Of a DNA stretch of 64,000 bases, positions 9,908 through 18,605 are shown piece by piece. The stretch's first letter is position 1. Each line of letters begins with the position of its first letter. The position numbers and the translations under genes were made by a program. Source of the stretch: Bacteroidales bacterium (GTDB lineage: Bacteria; Bacteroidota; Bacteroidia; Bacteroidales; UBA7960); contig SLSZ01000066.1 of NCBI GenBank assembly GCA_007130125.1, positions 7,578-71,577 of the forward strand, written 5' to 3'. The notes under the pieces were generated by a model. It was not told where the DNA came from. It searched no databases and saw nothing but the letters and a program-made list of their open reading frames with translations.

Positions 9908-11842
9908 ATGACTAAAAAGAAAGAAATTTTAAGAATCACTGATACAACCCTTAGGGACGGCCATCAGTCGCTTTGGGCTACAAGAATGAGAACAGCCGAT
10001 ATACTAGACATCATTGAAACCATTGATAGTGTTGGCTACTATTCCTTAGAGGTGTGGGGTGGCGCCACATTTGATGTATGCTTGCGATATCTATATGAAG
10101 ACCCGTGGGAAAGGTTGCGGCTTATAAAATCAAAAGCAAAAAAAACCCCCTTGCAGATGTTGCTGAGAGGTCAAAACATCGTTGGGTACAAAAATTACCC
10201 CGACGACCTGGTTGAAAGGTTTATAATGGCTGCTCATGAAAATGGTATAGATATCTTCAGGGTTTTTGATGCTTTGAATGATTCCCGTAATCTTGAAGCT
10301 GCAATCAAGGCTATCAAAAAAAGCGGCGCCCATGCCCAGGGGTCATTATCTTATACCATAAGCCCCGTCCATACCATTGAGAAATATGTTGAAGATGCTA
10401 AAAAGCAGGTTAATATGGGAATTGACTCTTTATGCATAAAAGATATGGCGGGATTATTGTCGCCAACCATGTCAAAAGACCTTGTTGCTGCTTTAAAAAA
10501 AGAGCTGCAAATACCAATACAAATTCACTGTCATGCAACCAGCGGTATGGCAAACTCAGCATACTATGATGGCGTCAAAGCAGGGGCCGGAGCTGTCGAT
10601 TGTGCTATATCAGCCTTAGGAGGTTATTCTTCACAACCACCTGTAGAGACAATCATTGCAATGTTCAGTGAAACCGAGCATGATGTTGATCTTGACATCG
10701 AAGCTATACGGAAGGTAAACAAGTATTTTTACGATCTTTCTCCGAAAAGATGCAAGCCAAGAGGCTTTGAACCTGTAATTGATGCTGAGATATTAGTTCA
10801 CCAGATCCCCGGTGGTATGATATCAAACTTCCGCTCACAGCTTGAACAGCAGGGAGCCATAGAAAAATTGCACGAAGCACTTGAAGAGGTTGCTAAAGTC
10901 AGGAAAGACCTGGGATATCCGCCACTTGTTACACCTACCAGCCAGATAGTTGGAACACAAGCTGTGATGAATGTGCTTACCGGTGAAAGATATAAAATGG
11001 TTCCGCAAGAAGTTAAAAACTATGTTAAGGGCATGTATGGAAGGCCTCCGGCACCCATAGACCCGAAGTTGGTTAAAAAAATACTCGGAAAAGAAAAACC
11101 TTTTCACCACAGGCCGGCAGACGACCTGGACCCGGTTTTACCCAATGCAACAAAAAATATATCCAACCCCGAACTTATCAAAAATGAAGAGGATATATTA
11201 TCTTACTGCCTGTTCCCTGATGTGGCGATGGAGTTTTTCAAGTGGAGAGCATTGCCGGAAGAAAACAGACCAAAAACTCCTGTTGAGATAGAGAGTGAAG
11301 AGTTTTGCAAGGAGCAACAAGACGCCGCAAGCCCTTCTCAGAAAGAGGAAATAGAGCCATTACTGAATGAAGAAGATTATTCAGGCATCAATGCCATTAT
11401 TGACAAAGCTTCAAAAATGAAGCTTAATGAAATTGTCATTAAAAAGGGAGATTTTAACCTGGCATTACGCACCAGCAATGGCAACTCTAATCCAAATTCA
11501 GGCATTGAACCCTTCACTGAACAAGCAACCCAAAAAACAGAAGATGTAGCAATAAAAGAAAAAGAAAAAAAATCTGAGGAAAAAGGTGATGCCATTGAAT
11601 ATACTGACACTATTGAAGCAATAATGGCCGGCACTTTTTACCGTGCTGCAGCTGAAAACAAGCCACCTTTTGTTGTTGAAGGCGCTGTAGTCAATCCCGG
11701 AGACACAATTTGCATTCTTGAAGCGATGAAGCTCTTTAATGAAATACAATCGCCGGTTAAGTGCAAAATTCTTAAAATATTGGTTGATAACGGAACAAAG
11801 GTCTCTAAAGGCCAGCCATTGATTGCAATACAAAAATTGTAA
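9908..11842 (+). CDS. 5S-type (oxaloacetate decarboxylase alpha / pyruvate carboxylase B-like) carboxyltransferase fused to a C-terminal AccB-type biotin carboxyl carrier domain
   Basis: N-terminus ITDTTLRDGHQSLWATRM...LLRGQN.VGY...IHCHATSGMA (HMGL-like TIM barrel plus PYC_OADA region). Low-complexity linker from about residue 460 to 560. C-terminus AGTFYRAAAENKPPFVVEGAVVNPGDTICILEAMKLFNEIQSP with the biotinyl-Lys EAMK motif. Confidence 0.85.
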   Translation: MTKKKEILRITDTTLRDGHQSLWATRMRTADILDIIETIDSVGYYSLEVWGGATFDVCLRYLYEDPWERLRLIKSKAKKTPLQMLLRGQNIVGYKNYPDDLVERFIMAAHENGIDIFRVFDALNDSRNLEAAIKAIKKSGAHAQGSLSYTISPVHTIEKYVEDAKKQVNMGIDSLCIKDMAGLLSPTMSKDLVAALKKELQIPIQIHCHATSGMANSAYYDGVKAGAGAVDCAISALGGYSSQPPVETIIAMFSETEHDVDLDIEAIRKVNKYFYDLSPKRCKPRGFEPVIDAEILVHQIPGGMISNFRSQLEQQGAIEKLHEALEEVAKVRKDLGYPPLVTPTSQIVGTQAVMNVLTGERYKMVPQEVKNYVKGMYGRPPAPIDPKLVKKILGKEKPFHHRPADDLDPVLPNATKNISNPELIKNEEDILSYCLFPDVAMEFFKWRALPEENRPKTPVEIESEEFCKEQQDAASPSQKEEIEPLLNEEDYSGINAIIDKASKMKLNEIVIKKGDFNLALRTSNGNSNPNSGIEPFTEQATQKTEDVAIKEKEKKSEEKGDAIEYTDTIEAIMAGTFYRAAAENKPPFVVEGAVVNPGDTICILEAMKLFNEIQSPVKCKILKILVDNGTKVSKGQPLIAIQKL

Positions 11843-11845
11843 CCA

Positions 11846-12772
11846 TCATAAAAACAATGATGCCGAAGGCTTTAAGTGGCCAGGAGTACCCTTTATGGCT
11901 TCATCAATCTGTTTAAGCATACGAGGGTTGTCTTTTGAAAGAGTACCCTCCAGTATCAGGTTATTTGAAACATGATTGCTGCGATAAATAACATTCTCAA
12001 CGTTAAGGTTCTCAATAAAGATTCTTAATTCTTTATAAAGTTCAACAATTGTCTGCTGGACATATTCACCCTTAAACCGCTCTTGAAAATGTTCATGCCC
12101 ATAAGGCATACTTAGAGTAAGTGTAGAAAGGAACTTAGGATTAACCTGATTAATGATTTCGGCTGATTTAATGGCATGCTGTTCGCTGTAGTTTTTCCCT
12201 CCCAAGCCGTTGATTATCATAATAGATGTGTCAATGCCGGCATTATGGGCTTTTTTAATCCCTTCAACTGTAGAGTTAAACGTTTCTCCTTTATTTACAA
12301 GTCTCAAAAGCTCATCATCACCACTCTCAATTCCAATATATAGTAGCTTTAAACCAAGGGCCCGCAATTCTTTCAGCTCATCATCAGACTTTGAAAGAAC
12401 ATCTTTTGGCATGGCATATGAAGATATCCGCTGTAGCCTGCCAAACCTGTTTCGTATCTCTTTCAATACCGGTATAAGCCTCTTTGCCGATAACACAAAA
12501 GCATCACCGTCGGCCAGAAAGATTTTCTTTGAAACTCCGCGATAAAAATCTGCTAATATCTTTATTTCAGGTTCTAGCTCTTCAAAGCTTTTTATTTTGA
12601 ATTTTTTGGAAGCGTACATCTCACAAAAAGCACACTTATTCCATGAACAGCCGGTGGTAACCTGCAAAATTGCAGAACGTGCCTCCCCCGGCGGGCGAAA
12701 TAATGGCTCATCATATTTTAACGGCTGTAAAAACATATAATCGTAGTTTTTGCAAAAATAATTAATTAACAA
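11846..12772 (-). CDS. Radical SAM domain protein (Elp3-like cluster spacing CX4CX2C)
   Basis: TTGCSWNKCAFCEMY cluster motif, followed by FLADGDAF and LYIGIESGDDELL (TIM-barrel radical SAM core). An alternative start, MFLQPL, lies 12 codons in. Confidence 0.75.
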   Translation of the reverse strand: MLINYFCKNYDYMFLQPLKYDEPLFRPPGEARSAILQVTTGCSWNKCAFCEMYASKKFKIKSFEELEPEIKILADFYRGVSKKIFLADGDAFVLSAKRLIPVLKEIRNRFGRLQRISSYAMPKDVLSKSDDELKELRALGLKLLYIGIESGDDELLRLVNKGETFNSTVEGIKKAHNAGIDTSIMIINGLGGKNYSEQHAIKSAEIINQVNPKFLSTLTLSMPYGHEHFQERFKGEYVQQTIVELYKELRIFIENLNVENVIYRSNHVSNNLILEGTLSKDNPRMLKQIDEAIKGTPGHLKPSASLFL

Positions 12773-12939
12773 AACACCGAGGCGAACTTTAGTTTTTAAG
12801 CTTGAGATTTATTTTGAACTTGGGGTTTTGAGCTTTGGATTTAATATCCGGTATTATAAAGCACACTATCAATCTTACAATAATTCTTTCAACCAAAAAT
12901 AATCCCCTCCAATATTTTTCCACACTTCTTTTTTTATTG

Positions 12940-12947
12940 TAATTTTG
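12940..12947 (+). promoter_or_regulatory. Candidate Bacteroidota -7 box (TAATTTTG) upstream of mutA
   Basis: Matches TAnnTTTG, 37 nt before the mutA start. No clear -33 TTTG. This motif is frequent by chance in AT-rich DNA. Confidence 0.3.
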
Positions 12948-12983
12948 CCGCAAATTAACAAGTGACTTTTAAATTTCCCAAAT

Positions 12984-14849
12984 ATGGATAAAAAAGAAAA
13001 AGAAAAGCTTTTCAGTGATTTCCCACCGGTATCTACCAATGAATGGGAGGAAAAGATCCGTGAAGATCTTAAGGGTGCGGATTATGAGAAAAAACTCATA
13101 TGGAACACAATTGAAGGAATTAGAGTAAGGCCATATTACAGGTTGGAAGACAATGAAAAGCTTGATCAAACGCAAGCCCTGCCAGGTGAGTTCCCTTTTA
13201 CGAGGGGTAAGTTTTTTGAGAGTAATGATTGGATGATCCGCCAGGACATTGAAGAAAAAGAGGCCGGTAATGCTAATAAAGAAGCTATCAATGCTATTGA
13301 AAAGGGCGCAGAAAGCATTGGTTTTAATGCATTAAGCATAATAGACAATGCATTACTAGATAGAATGCTTCATGGCATTAACATGAAAAAAACGCCGGTC
13401 AGCTTTATTCATGCAATAAACTACAAAACCCTGCTTGGTTTATTTCTGGATTATATCTCCGAAAAAAAATTCAACCCGGAAGAAATAAAAGGATCGTTTA
13501 ATTTTGACCCGCTAGGGTATTTCTTGCTTTATGGCAGCTTTTACAGCACACCGGAAGAAAATTTCCGTGATGCAGCCGACTTAATAAAAATAGGGAAAAA
13601 CCACCTTCCTCTTTACAAGCTCTTAAATATCAGCGGCCAACATTATCATGAAGCCGGTGCTTCCATAGTGCAGGAAGTTGCTTTTGCCCTGGCACAGGGA
13701 AATGAATATCTTGCACAGTTGACCGAGCTGGATATCACTTTGGAAGATATTACTCCACGCATGCAGTTTACATTTTCCACAGGCTCCAGTTACTTTATGG
13801 AGATAGCAAAAATAAGAGCATTCAGAATGCTTTGGGCCAATATTGTTAAACAATACAAACCCGAATCTGAAGAATATACAAAAACTTATATCCATGCTTT
13901 AACATCTGTCTGGAACAAAACTATTTACGATCATTATGTCAACATACTGCGTTCTTCCACAGAAATAATGTCAGCTGCTATTGGTGGTGTTGACGGCATG
14001 TCTGTTAGCCCTTTTGATATTACATTCAAAAAGCCTGGCGATTTCTCTAAACGTATAGCCCGAAATCAGCAAATTATACTAAAGCATGAGTCTTATTTCA
14101 ATAAGGTGGCTGATCCGGGCGCCGGCTCATATTATATTGAGCAGCTTACCAATGCGATTGCCTCACAAGCATGGGAACTTTTTAAAAACATCGAAAGTAA
14201 AGGCGGATTCATTAAAGTAGTGGAAGATGGCTTTATTAATGAAGAGATTGAAAAAACATGTCAAAAGAGAGACATGAACATCGCAATGCGCAAGCAGGTT
14301 TTTGTTGGCACAAACCAATACCCCAACCTGCAGGAAAAAATGCTTGACAAAATGCAACCCACAGCAAAACTTTCAGATATTGGTGGTTTAAAGCCTTATA
14401 GGGGTGCTAAAGCTTTCGAGGCCATAAGGTTGGCTACTGAAAATCACCGTCAAAAAGGCTTTAGCATACCGAAAGTTTTCTTGTTTACCTATGGAAATCT
14501 CGCTATGCGAAAAGCCAGGGCAGGGTTTACCACCAACTTCTTCGGTTGTGCAGGGTACGAGATTGTAGAAAATCCCGGCTTTAAAACTATTGAACAGGGA
14601 GTTGAGGCAGCCCTGGAATCCAAAGCCGAAATTGTTGTGCTATGTAGCTCTGATGATGAATATGTTGAGCTGGCAGAAGCCGCTAAGCTTATTAAGGAAA
14701 AAGCTGAAAACACTATTGTTATAGTTGCAGGATATCCTAAGAATATTTTGCAACAACTTCAGGACGCCGGTGTTGATGACTTCATTCATATCAAGTCCAA
14801 CGTCCTGGAAGTACTTTCAAAATATAACGAAAAATTACAAATAAATTAA
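12984..14849 (+). CDS. mutA: Methylmalonyl-CoA mutase small (beta) subunit
   Basis: 621 aa, same fold pattern as mutB but lacks the DxHxxG B12 ligand motif. N-terminus FPPVSTNEWEEKIREDLKGADYEKKLIWNTIEGIRVRPYY is typical of MutA. It lies directly upstream of mutB. Confidence 0.85.
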   Translation: MDKKEKEKLFSDFPPVSTNEWEEKIREDLKGADYEKKLIWNTIEGIRVRPYYRLEDNEKLDQTQALPGEFPFTRGKFFESNDWMIRQDIEEKEAGNANKEAINAIEKGAESIGFNALSIIDNALLDRMLHGINMKKTPVSFIHAINYKTLLGLFLDYISEKKFNPEEIKGSFNFDPLGYFLLYGSFYSTPEENFRDAADLIKIGKNHLPLYKLLNISGQHYHEAGASIVQEVAFALAQGNEYLAQLTELDITLEDITPRMQFTFSTGSSYFMEIAKIRAFRMLWANIVKQYKPESEEYTKTYIHALTSVWNKTIYDHYVNILRSSTEIMSAAIGGVDGMSVSPFDITFKKPGDFSKRIARNQQIILKHESYFNKVADPGAGSYYIEQLTNAIASQAWELFKNIESKGGFIKVVEDGFINEEIEKTCQKRDMNIAMRKQVFVGTNQYPNLQEKMLDKMQPTAKLSDIGGLKPYRGAKAFEAIRLATENHRQKGFSIPKVFLFTYGNLAMRKARAGFTTNFFGCAGYEIVENPGFKTIEQGVEAALESKAEIVVLCSSDDEYVELAEAAKLIKEKAENTIVIVAGYPKNILQQLQDAGVDDFIHIKSNVLEVLSKYNEKLQIN

Positions 14850-14862
14850 AAACCAAGGCAAT

Positions 14863-14912
14863 GAGTAGCTGGCTTCCGACTGACCCGTCACCCGCTACTC
14901 GTTACCCGTCAC
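14863..14912. repeat. Heptamer-repeat hairpin element (minus-strand units GTGACGG/GTAACGA/GTAGCGG/GTGACGG) between mutA and mutB
   Basis: Four in-phase 7-mers occupy 14885-14912 (plus strand: CCGTCAC CCGCTAC TCGTTAC CCGTCAC). An inverted unit, GAGTAGC at 14863-14869, can pair with GCTACTC at 14894-14900. The consensus matches the array at 29644-29671. Confidence 0.6.
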
Positions 14913-14925
14913 AAAAAATAAAAAC

Positions 14926-17079
14926 ATGAGACCCGATTTCAGCAACATATCATATCAATCAAAAAACGACTTAACGCTTGACTACAAAAAGTGGGAAGAA
15001 GAAAAGGGTATTAAAAAAGACTGGCTTACACCTGAGAAGATTCCTGTTAAGCCGGTATATCACCCTGATGACCTTTTGGAAATGGAGCACCTGGACTATG
15101 CCGCCGGATTGCCACCGTTTCTCAGAGGCCCATACAGTACTATGTATGCTATGAAGCCATGGACTATCAGACAGTACGCAGGCTTTTCAACAGCCGAAGA
15201 ATCAAATGCTTTTTATAAGAGAAATCTTGCTGCAGGGCAAAGAGGGCTGTCGGTAGCTTTCGACCTGGCAACACACCGGGGTTATGACTCCGACCACGAG
15301 AGGGTTGTGGGTGATGTCGGTAAAGCAGGAGTTGCTGTTGATTCAATACTTGACATGAAAATATTGTTTGATGATATACCGCTTGATAAAATGTCAGTAT
15401 CGATGACAATGAACGGCGCAGTGTTGCCAATCATGGCCTTTTACATCGTTGCAGCTGAGGAGCAGGGTGTGCCTATGGAAAAACTAACCGGCACAATCCA
15501 GAACGATATACTTAAAGAGTTCATGGTACGCAACACCTACATCTATCCTCCGCAGCCGTCGATGAAGATCATTGCCGACATTTTTGAATTTACATCCCAA
15601 AATATGCCAAAATATAACTCAATCAGCATCAGCGGTTACCACATGCAGGAAGCCGGCGCTACAGCAGACATTGAGCTGGCATATACTCTTGCCGACGGAC
15701 TGGAATATTTGCGAACGGGACTAGATGCCGGAATGGACATTGATTCTTTTGCACCAAGATTGTCTTTCTTTTGGGCCATGGGAATGAACCATTTCATGGA
15801 AATAGCAAAGATGCGTGCTGCCAGGATGCTTTGGGCAAAAATTGTAAAACAGTTCAACCCTAAGAATCCAAAGTCAATGGCGTTGCGTACACACTCGCAA
15901 ACATCGGGATGGAGCCTTACCGAGCAAGACCCATACAACAATATCACACGCACATGCTGTGAAGCTATGGCTGCCGCACTTGGACATACCCAGTCACTTC
16001 ACACAAATGCTCTGGATGAAGCTATAGCTCTTCCAACAGACTTTTCTGCAAGAATAGCACGTAACACTCAAATTTATCTGCAGGAAGAAACAAACATCTG
16101 TAAAGCTGTAGACCCATGGGCCGGATCATATTATGTTGAAACCCTGACACACGAAATAGCTCACAGTGCCTGGGAACACATTCAGGAAATTGAAAAGCTC
16201 GGAGGAATGGCTAAAGCACTCGAAACAGGTGTGCCAAAAATGCGTATTGAAGAAGCGGCAGCTAGAAAACAAGCTCGGATAGATAGCGGAAAAGACTTTA
16301 TCGTTGGTATTAATAAATATCGCCTCGACAAAGAAGAACCGCTTGAAATTCTCGACATTGACAACACTGCCGTACGCGAGTCGCAGATAAAAAGAATAGA
16401 AAAGCTTAAAGCCGAACGCAATAATGATGAAGTGCAAAAAGCTTTAGACAATATAACCAAAGCGTGCGAAACAGGCGAAGGCAACCTTCTCGAACTTTCG
16501 GTAGAAGCTGCACGCAAACGTGCTACCCTGGGTGAAATATCTCAGGCTTGTGAAAAAGTCTTTGGCCGTTATCAGGCCGTTACACGTTCAATATCTGGAG
16601 TATATTCTATGGAAATCGAAAATAATGAAAACTTTGCTAAAGCCCGCAGATTGGCCGATGAATTTGAAAAACTGGAAGGGCGCAGGCCACGAATAATGAT
16701 TGCCAAAATGGGACAAGACGGACACGATCGGGGCGCCAAAGTGGTTGCCACAGCCTATGCCGATATGGGCTTTGATGTTGACATCGGACCACTGTTCCAA
16801 ACACCGGCAGAAGCAGCCAAACAAGCTGTTGAAAACGACGTGCATATTGTCGGCGTTTCAAGCCTCGCTGCCGGACATAAAACTCTTGCTCCACAAATCA
16901 TTGAGGAACTAAAAAAACTTGGTCGCGATGACATTATGGTAATCGTAGGTGGAGTAATCCCGTCACAAGATTACCAGCACCTTTACGATGCAGGTGTAGT
17001 AGGAGTGTTCGGACCGGGAACCGTTATTTCGGATGCGGCAATCAGAATACTGAATATTTTGTTGGAAATGAGAAAATAG
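14926..17079 (+). CDS. mutB: Methylmalonyl-CoA mutase large (alpha) subunit, B12-dependent
   Basis: [12 protein letters not shown]...[16 protein letters not shown]...[17 protein letters not shown]-terminal cobalamin domain with [10 protein letters not shown] (DxHxxG). Confidence 0.95.
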   Translation: MRPDFSNISYQSKNDLTLDYKKWEEEKGIKKDWLTPEKIPVKPVYHPDDLLEMEHLDYAAGLPPFLRGPYSTMYAMKPWTIRQYAGFSTAEESNAFYKRNLAAGQRGLSVAFDLATHRGYDSDHERVVGDVGKAGVAVDSILDMKILFDDIPLDKMSVSMTMNGAVLPIMAFYIVAAEEQGVPMEKLTGTIQNDILKEFMVRNTYIYPPQPSMKIIADIFEFTSQNMPKYNSISISGYHMQEAGATADIELAYTLADGLEYLRTGLDAGMDIDSFAPRLSFFWAMGMNHFMEIAKMRAARMLWAKIVKQFNPKNPKSMALRTHSQTSGWSLTEQDPYNNITRTCCEAMAAALGHTQSLHTNALDEAIALPTDFSARIARNTQIYLQEETNICKAVDPWAGSYYVETLTHEIAHSAWEHIQEIEKLGGMAKALETGVPKMRIEEAAARKQARIDSGKDFIVGINKYRLDKEEPLEILDIDNTAVRESQIKRIEKLKAERNNDEVQKALDNITKACETGEGNLLELSVEAARKRATLGEISQACEKVFGRYQAVTRSISGVYSMEIENNENFAKARRLADEFEKLEGRRPRIMIAKMGQDGHDRGAKVVATAYADMGFDVDIGPLFQTPAEAAKQAVENDVHIVGVSSLAAGHKTLAPQIIEELKKLGRDDIMVIVGGVIPSQDYQHLYDAGVVGVFGPGTVISDAAIRILNILLEMRK

Positions 17080-17091
17080 GTAGGCGCATAG

Positions 17092-17186
17092 TTTTTCGGA
17101 TGAATGGAACACGGATGACACGGATAGAACTGATAATCGCTGATTTTATCCGTGAAAATCCGCCCGATCCGCGTCATCTGCGTTCT
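17092..17186. repeat. Nested palindromic (REP-like) intergenic element
   Basis: Three CGGAT copies (17096, 17112, 17121) are mirrored by three ATCCG copies (17148, 17158, 17167). Outer arms GAACACGGATGACACGGAT and ATCCGCGTCATCTGCGTTC match at about 15/20 positions. The element sits between the mutB stop and the hutI ATG and produces two spurious ORF segments (the first 40 codons of 17100..18482, and 16983..17219 on the minus strand). Confidence 0.65.
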
Positions 17187-17219
17187 ATTAGTATTATAAC
17201 ACCTAAAACATTCACACAA

Positions 17220-18482
17220 ATGAACATTTTAGTTATAAATATCAAACAACTCCTCCAGGTTGAAGAAAGCCAGGGGAAAAAACGCGTTTCGGGCAAAGAA
17301 ATGTCCACAGTGCCATCAATAGAAAATGCTTATCTTTTTGCTGCTGATGGATTGATAAAAGACTTCGGAAAGATGGACTCAATTTCCCAAAGTGAGTTTT
17401 ATAATGAAATGTCTGGCAAGGATGTGCAAACGATTGATGCTACCGGCAAGTTGGTGCTTCCCTCTTTCTGCGACTCTCACACTCATATTGTATATGCTGG
17501 AAGCCGTGAAATAGAATATATAGATAAGATCAAAGGGCTGTCATACGAAGAGATAGCTAAGCGCGGCGGAGGCATTCTTAATTCTGCCAAAAGAATGCAA
17601 GTTGCCAGTGAAACAGAACTTGTAGAACAAGCATTGGTAAGACTTGAAGAAATAAAAAGCCTTGGCACAGGTGCAGTTGAAATAAAAAGCGGTTATGGGT
17701 TAACAACTGAATCAGAGCTTAAAATGTTACGTGTTATCAAAAAGCTCAAAGAGTTAACTCCGCTTACTATCAAATCAACATTTCTGGGTGCGCATGCCGT
17801 GCCGGCAGAATACAAGCAAAATCAATCAGAATATGTTGATATTGTTGTGAATGAAATGATACCAAAAGTAGGAGATGAAGGACTTGCCGACTATATAGAT
17901 GTGTTTTGCGACCGGGGGTTTTTTACTCGTGAAGAAACTGAAAGGATTATCGAAGCCGGCCGAAAATACGGCATGCGCGCAAAATTACACGCTAATGAAC
18001 TGGATTTCTCCGGCGGAATCCAGGCAGGAGTAAAATACAATGCTCTTTCTGTTGACCACCTCGAATTTACGGGCGATGAGGAGATAGAAGCTCTGCTAAA
18101 CTCCGAAACAATGCCTGCATTGCTACCGGGTGCAGCATTTTTCCTTGAAATGGAATACCCTCCCGCACGCAAAATGATCGATGCCGGCCTGCCTGTCGCA
18201 ATGGCAAGCGACTATAACCCCGGATCATCACCCTCAGGAAATATGCAGTTCGTAATGTCTCTTGGTTGTATTAAAATGAAAATGCTCCCGGAAGAAGCCA
18301 TTCACGCCGTAACTATTAACGGTGCTTACGCTATGGGTGTAGAAAGTGAAATGGGTACAATCAAAAAAGGGAAAAAAGCCAATTTCTTCATAACAAAAGA
18401 AATTCCCACATACGCATTTATACCATACAGCTATGGTAGTGATAATGTGGAAAAAGTGATCCTTAACGGGGAAGTTAAGTAA
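17220..18482 (+). CDS. hutI: Imidazolonepropionase
   Basis: DSHTHIVYAGSRE...GGGILNS...EIKSGYGL...LGAHAVP...KLHANELD...SVDHLE...LLPGAAFFL...ASDYNPGSSP aligns along its full length with HutI. I moved the start to ATG 17220 (MNILVINIK); the track start at 17100 reads through the repeat element. Confidence 0.85.
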   Translation: MNILVINIKQLLQVEESQGKKRVSGKEMSTVPSIENAYLFAADGLIKDFGKMDSISQSEFYNEMSGKDVQTIDATGKLVLPSFCDSHTHIVYAGSREIEYIDKIKGLSYEEIAKRGGGILNSAKRMQVASETELVEQALVRLEEIKSLGTGAVEIKSGYGLTTESELKMLRVIKKLKELTPLTIKSTFLGAHAVPAEYKQNQSEYVDIVVNEMIPKVGDEGLADYIDVFCDRGFFTREETERIIEAGRKYGMRAKLHANELDFSGGIQAGVKYNALSVDHLEFTGDEEIEALLNSETMPALLPGAAFFLEMEYPPARKMIDAGLPVAMASDYNPGSSPSGNMQFVMSLGCIKMKMLPEEAIHAVTINGAYAMGVESEMGTIKKGKKANFFITKEIPTYAFIPYSYGSDNVEKVILNGEVK

Positions 18483-18605
18483 GACTTTGCCACAGATATT
18501 ATTTGCAAACTTTTAGTTACCTGACTAAAAATAAGTGTTTTATACCTGTCCTGATAAATATTTTATTATATTTGGGATTATGTAACTCATAAAAACTTTC
18601 AACTT

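Noticed and set aside
12825-12836. Shared motif GTTTTGAGCTTT (context TTGGRGTTTTGAGCTTTRG) at 12825-12836 and 27041-27052 as a repeat family
   Set aside because: Exact 12-mer and 17/19 matches between two sites are expected by chance many times over in 64 kb of AT-rich DNA. With only two copies it cannot be distinguished from coincidence without a genome-wide count.
12773-12983. Cobalamin riboswitch upstream of the B12-dependent mutase operon
   Set aside because: Reading the 211-bp leader, I found no B12-box-like GCCACTG core and none of the GC-rich paired elements expected. The region is AT-rich and promoter-like. An Infernal scan would be decisive.
17100-17219. Track start of ORF 17100..18482 (a 40-codon N-terminal extension of HutI), and ORF 16983..17219 on the minus strand
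   Set aside because: Both read through the palindromic repeat element, which is open in both orientations. The conserved HutI sequence begins at MNILVINIK (17220).
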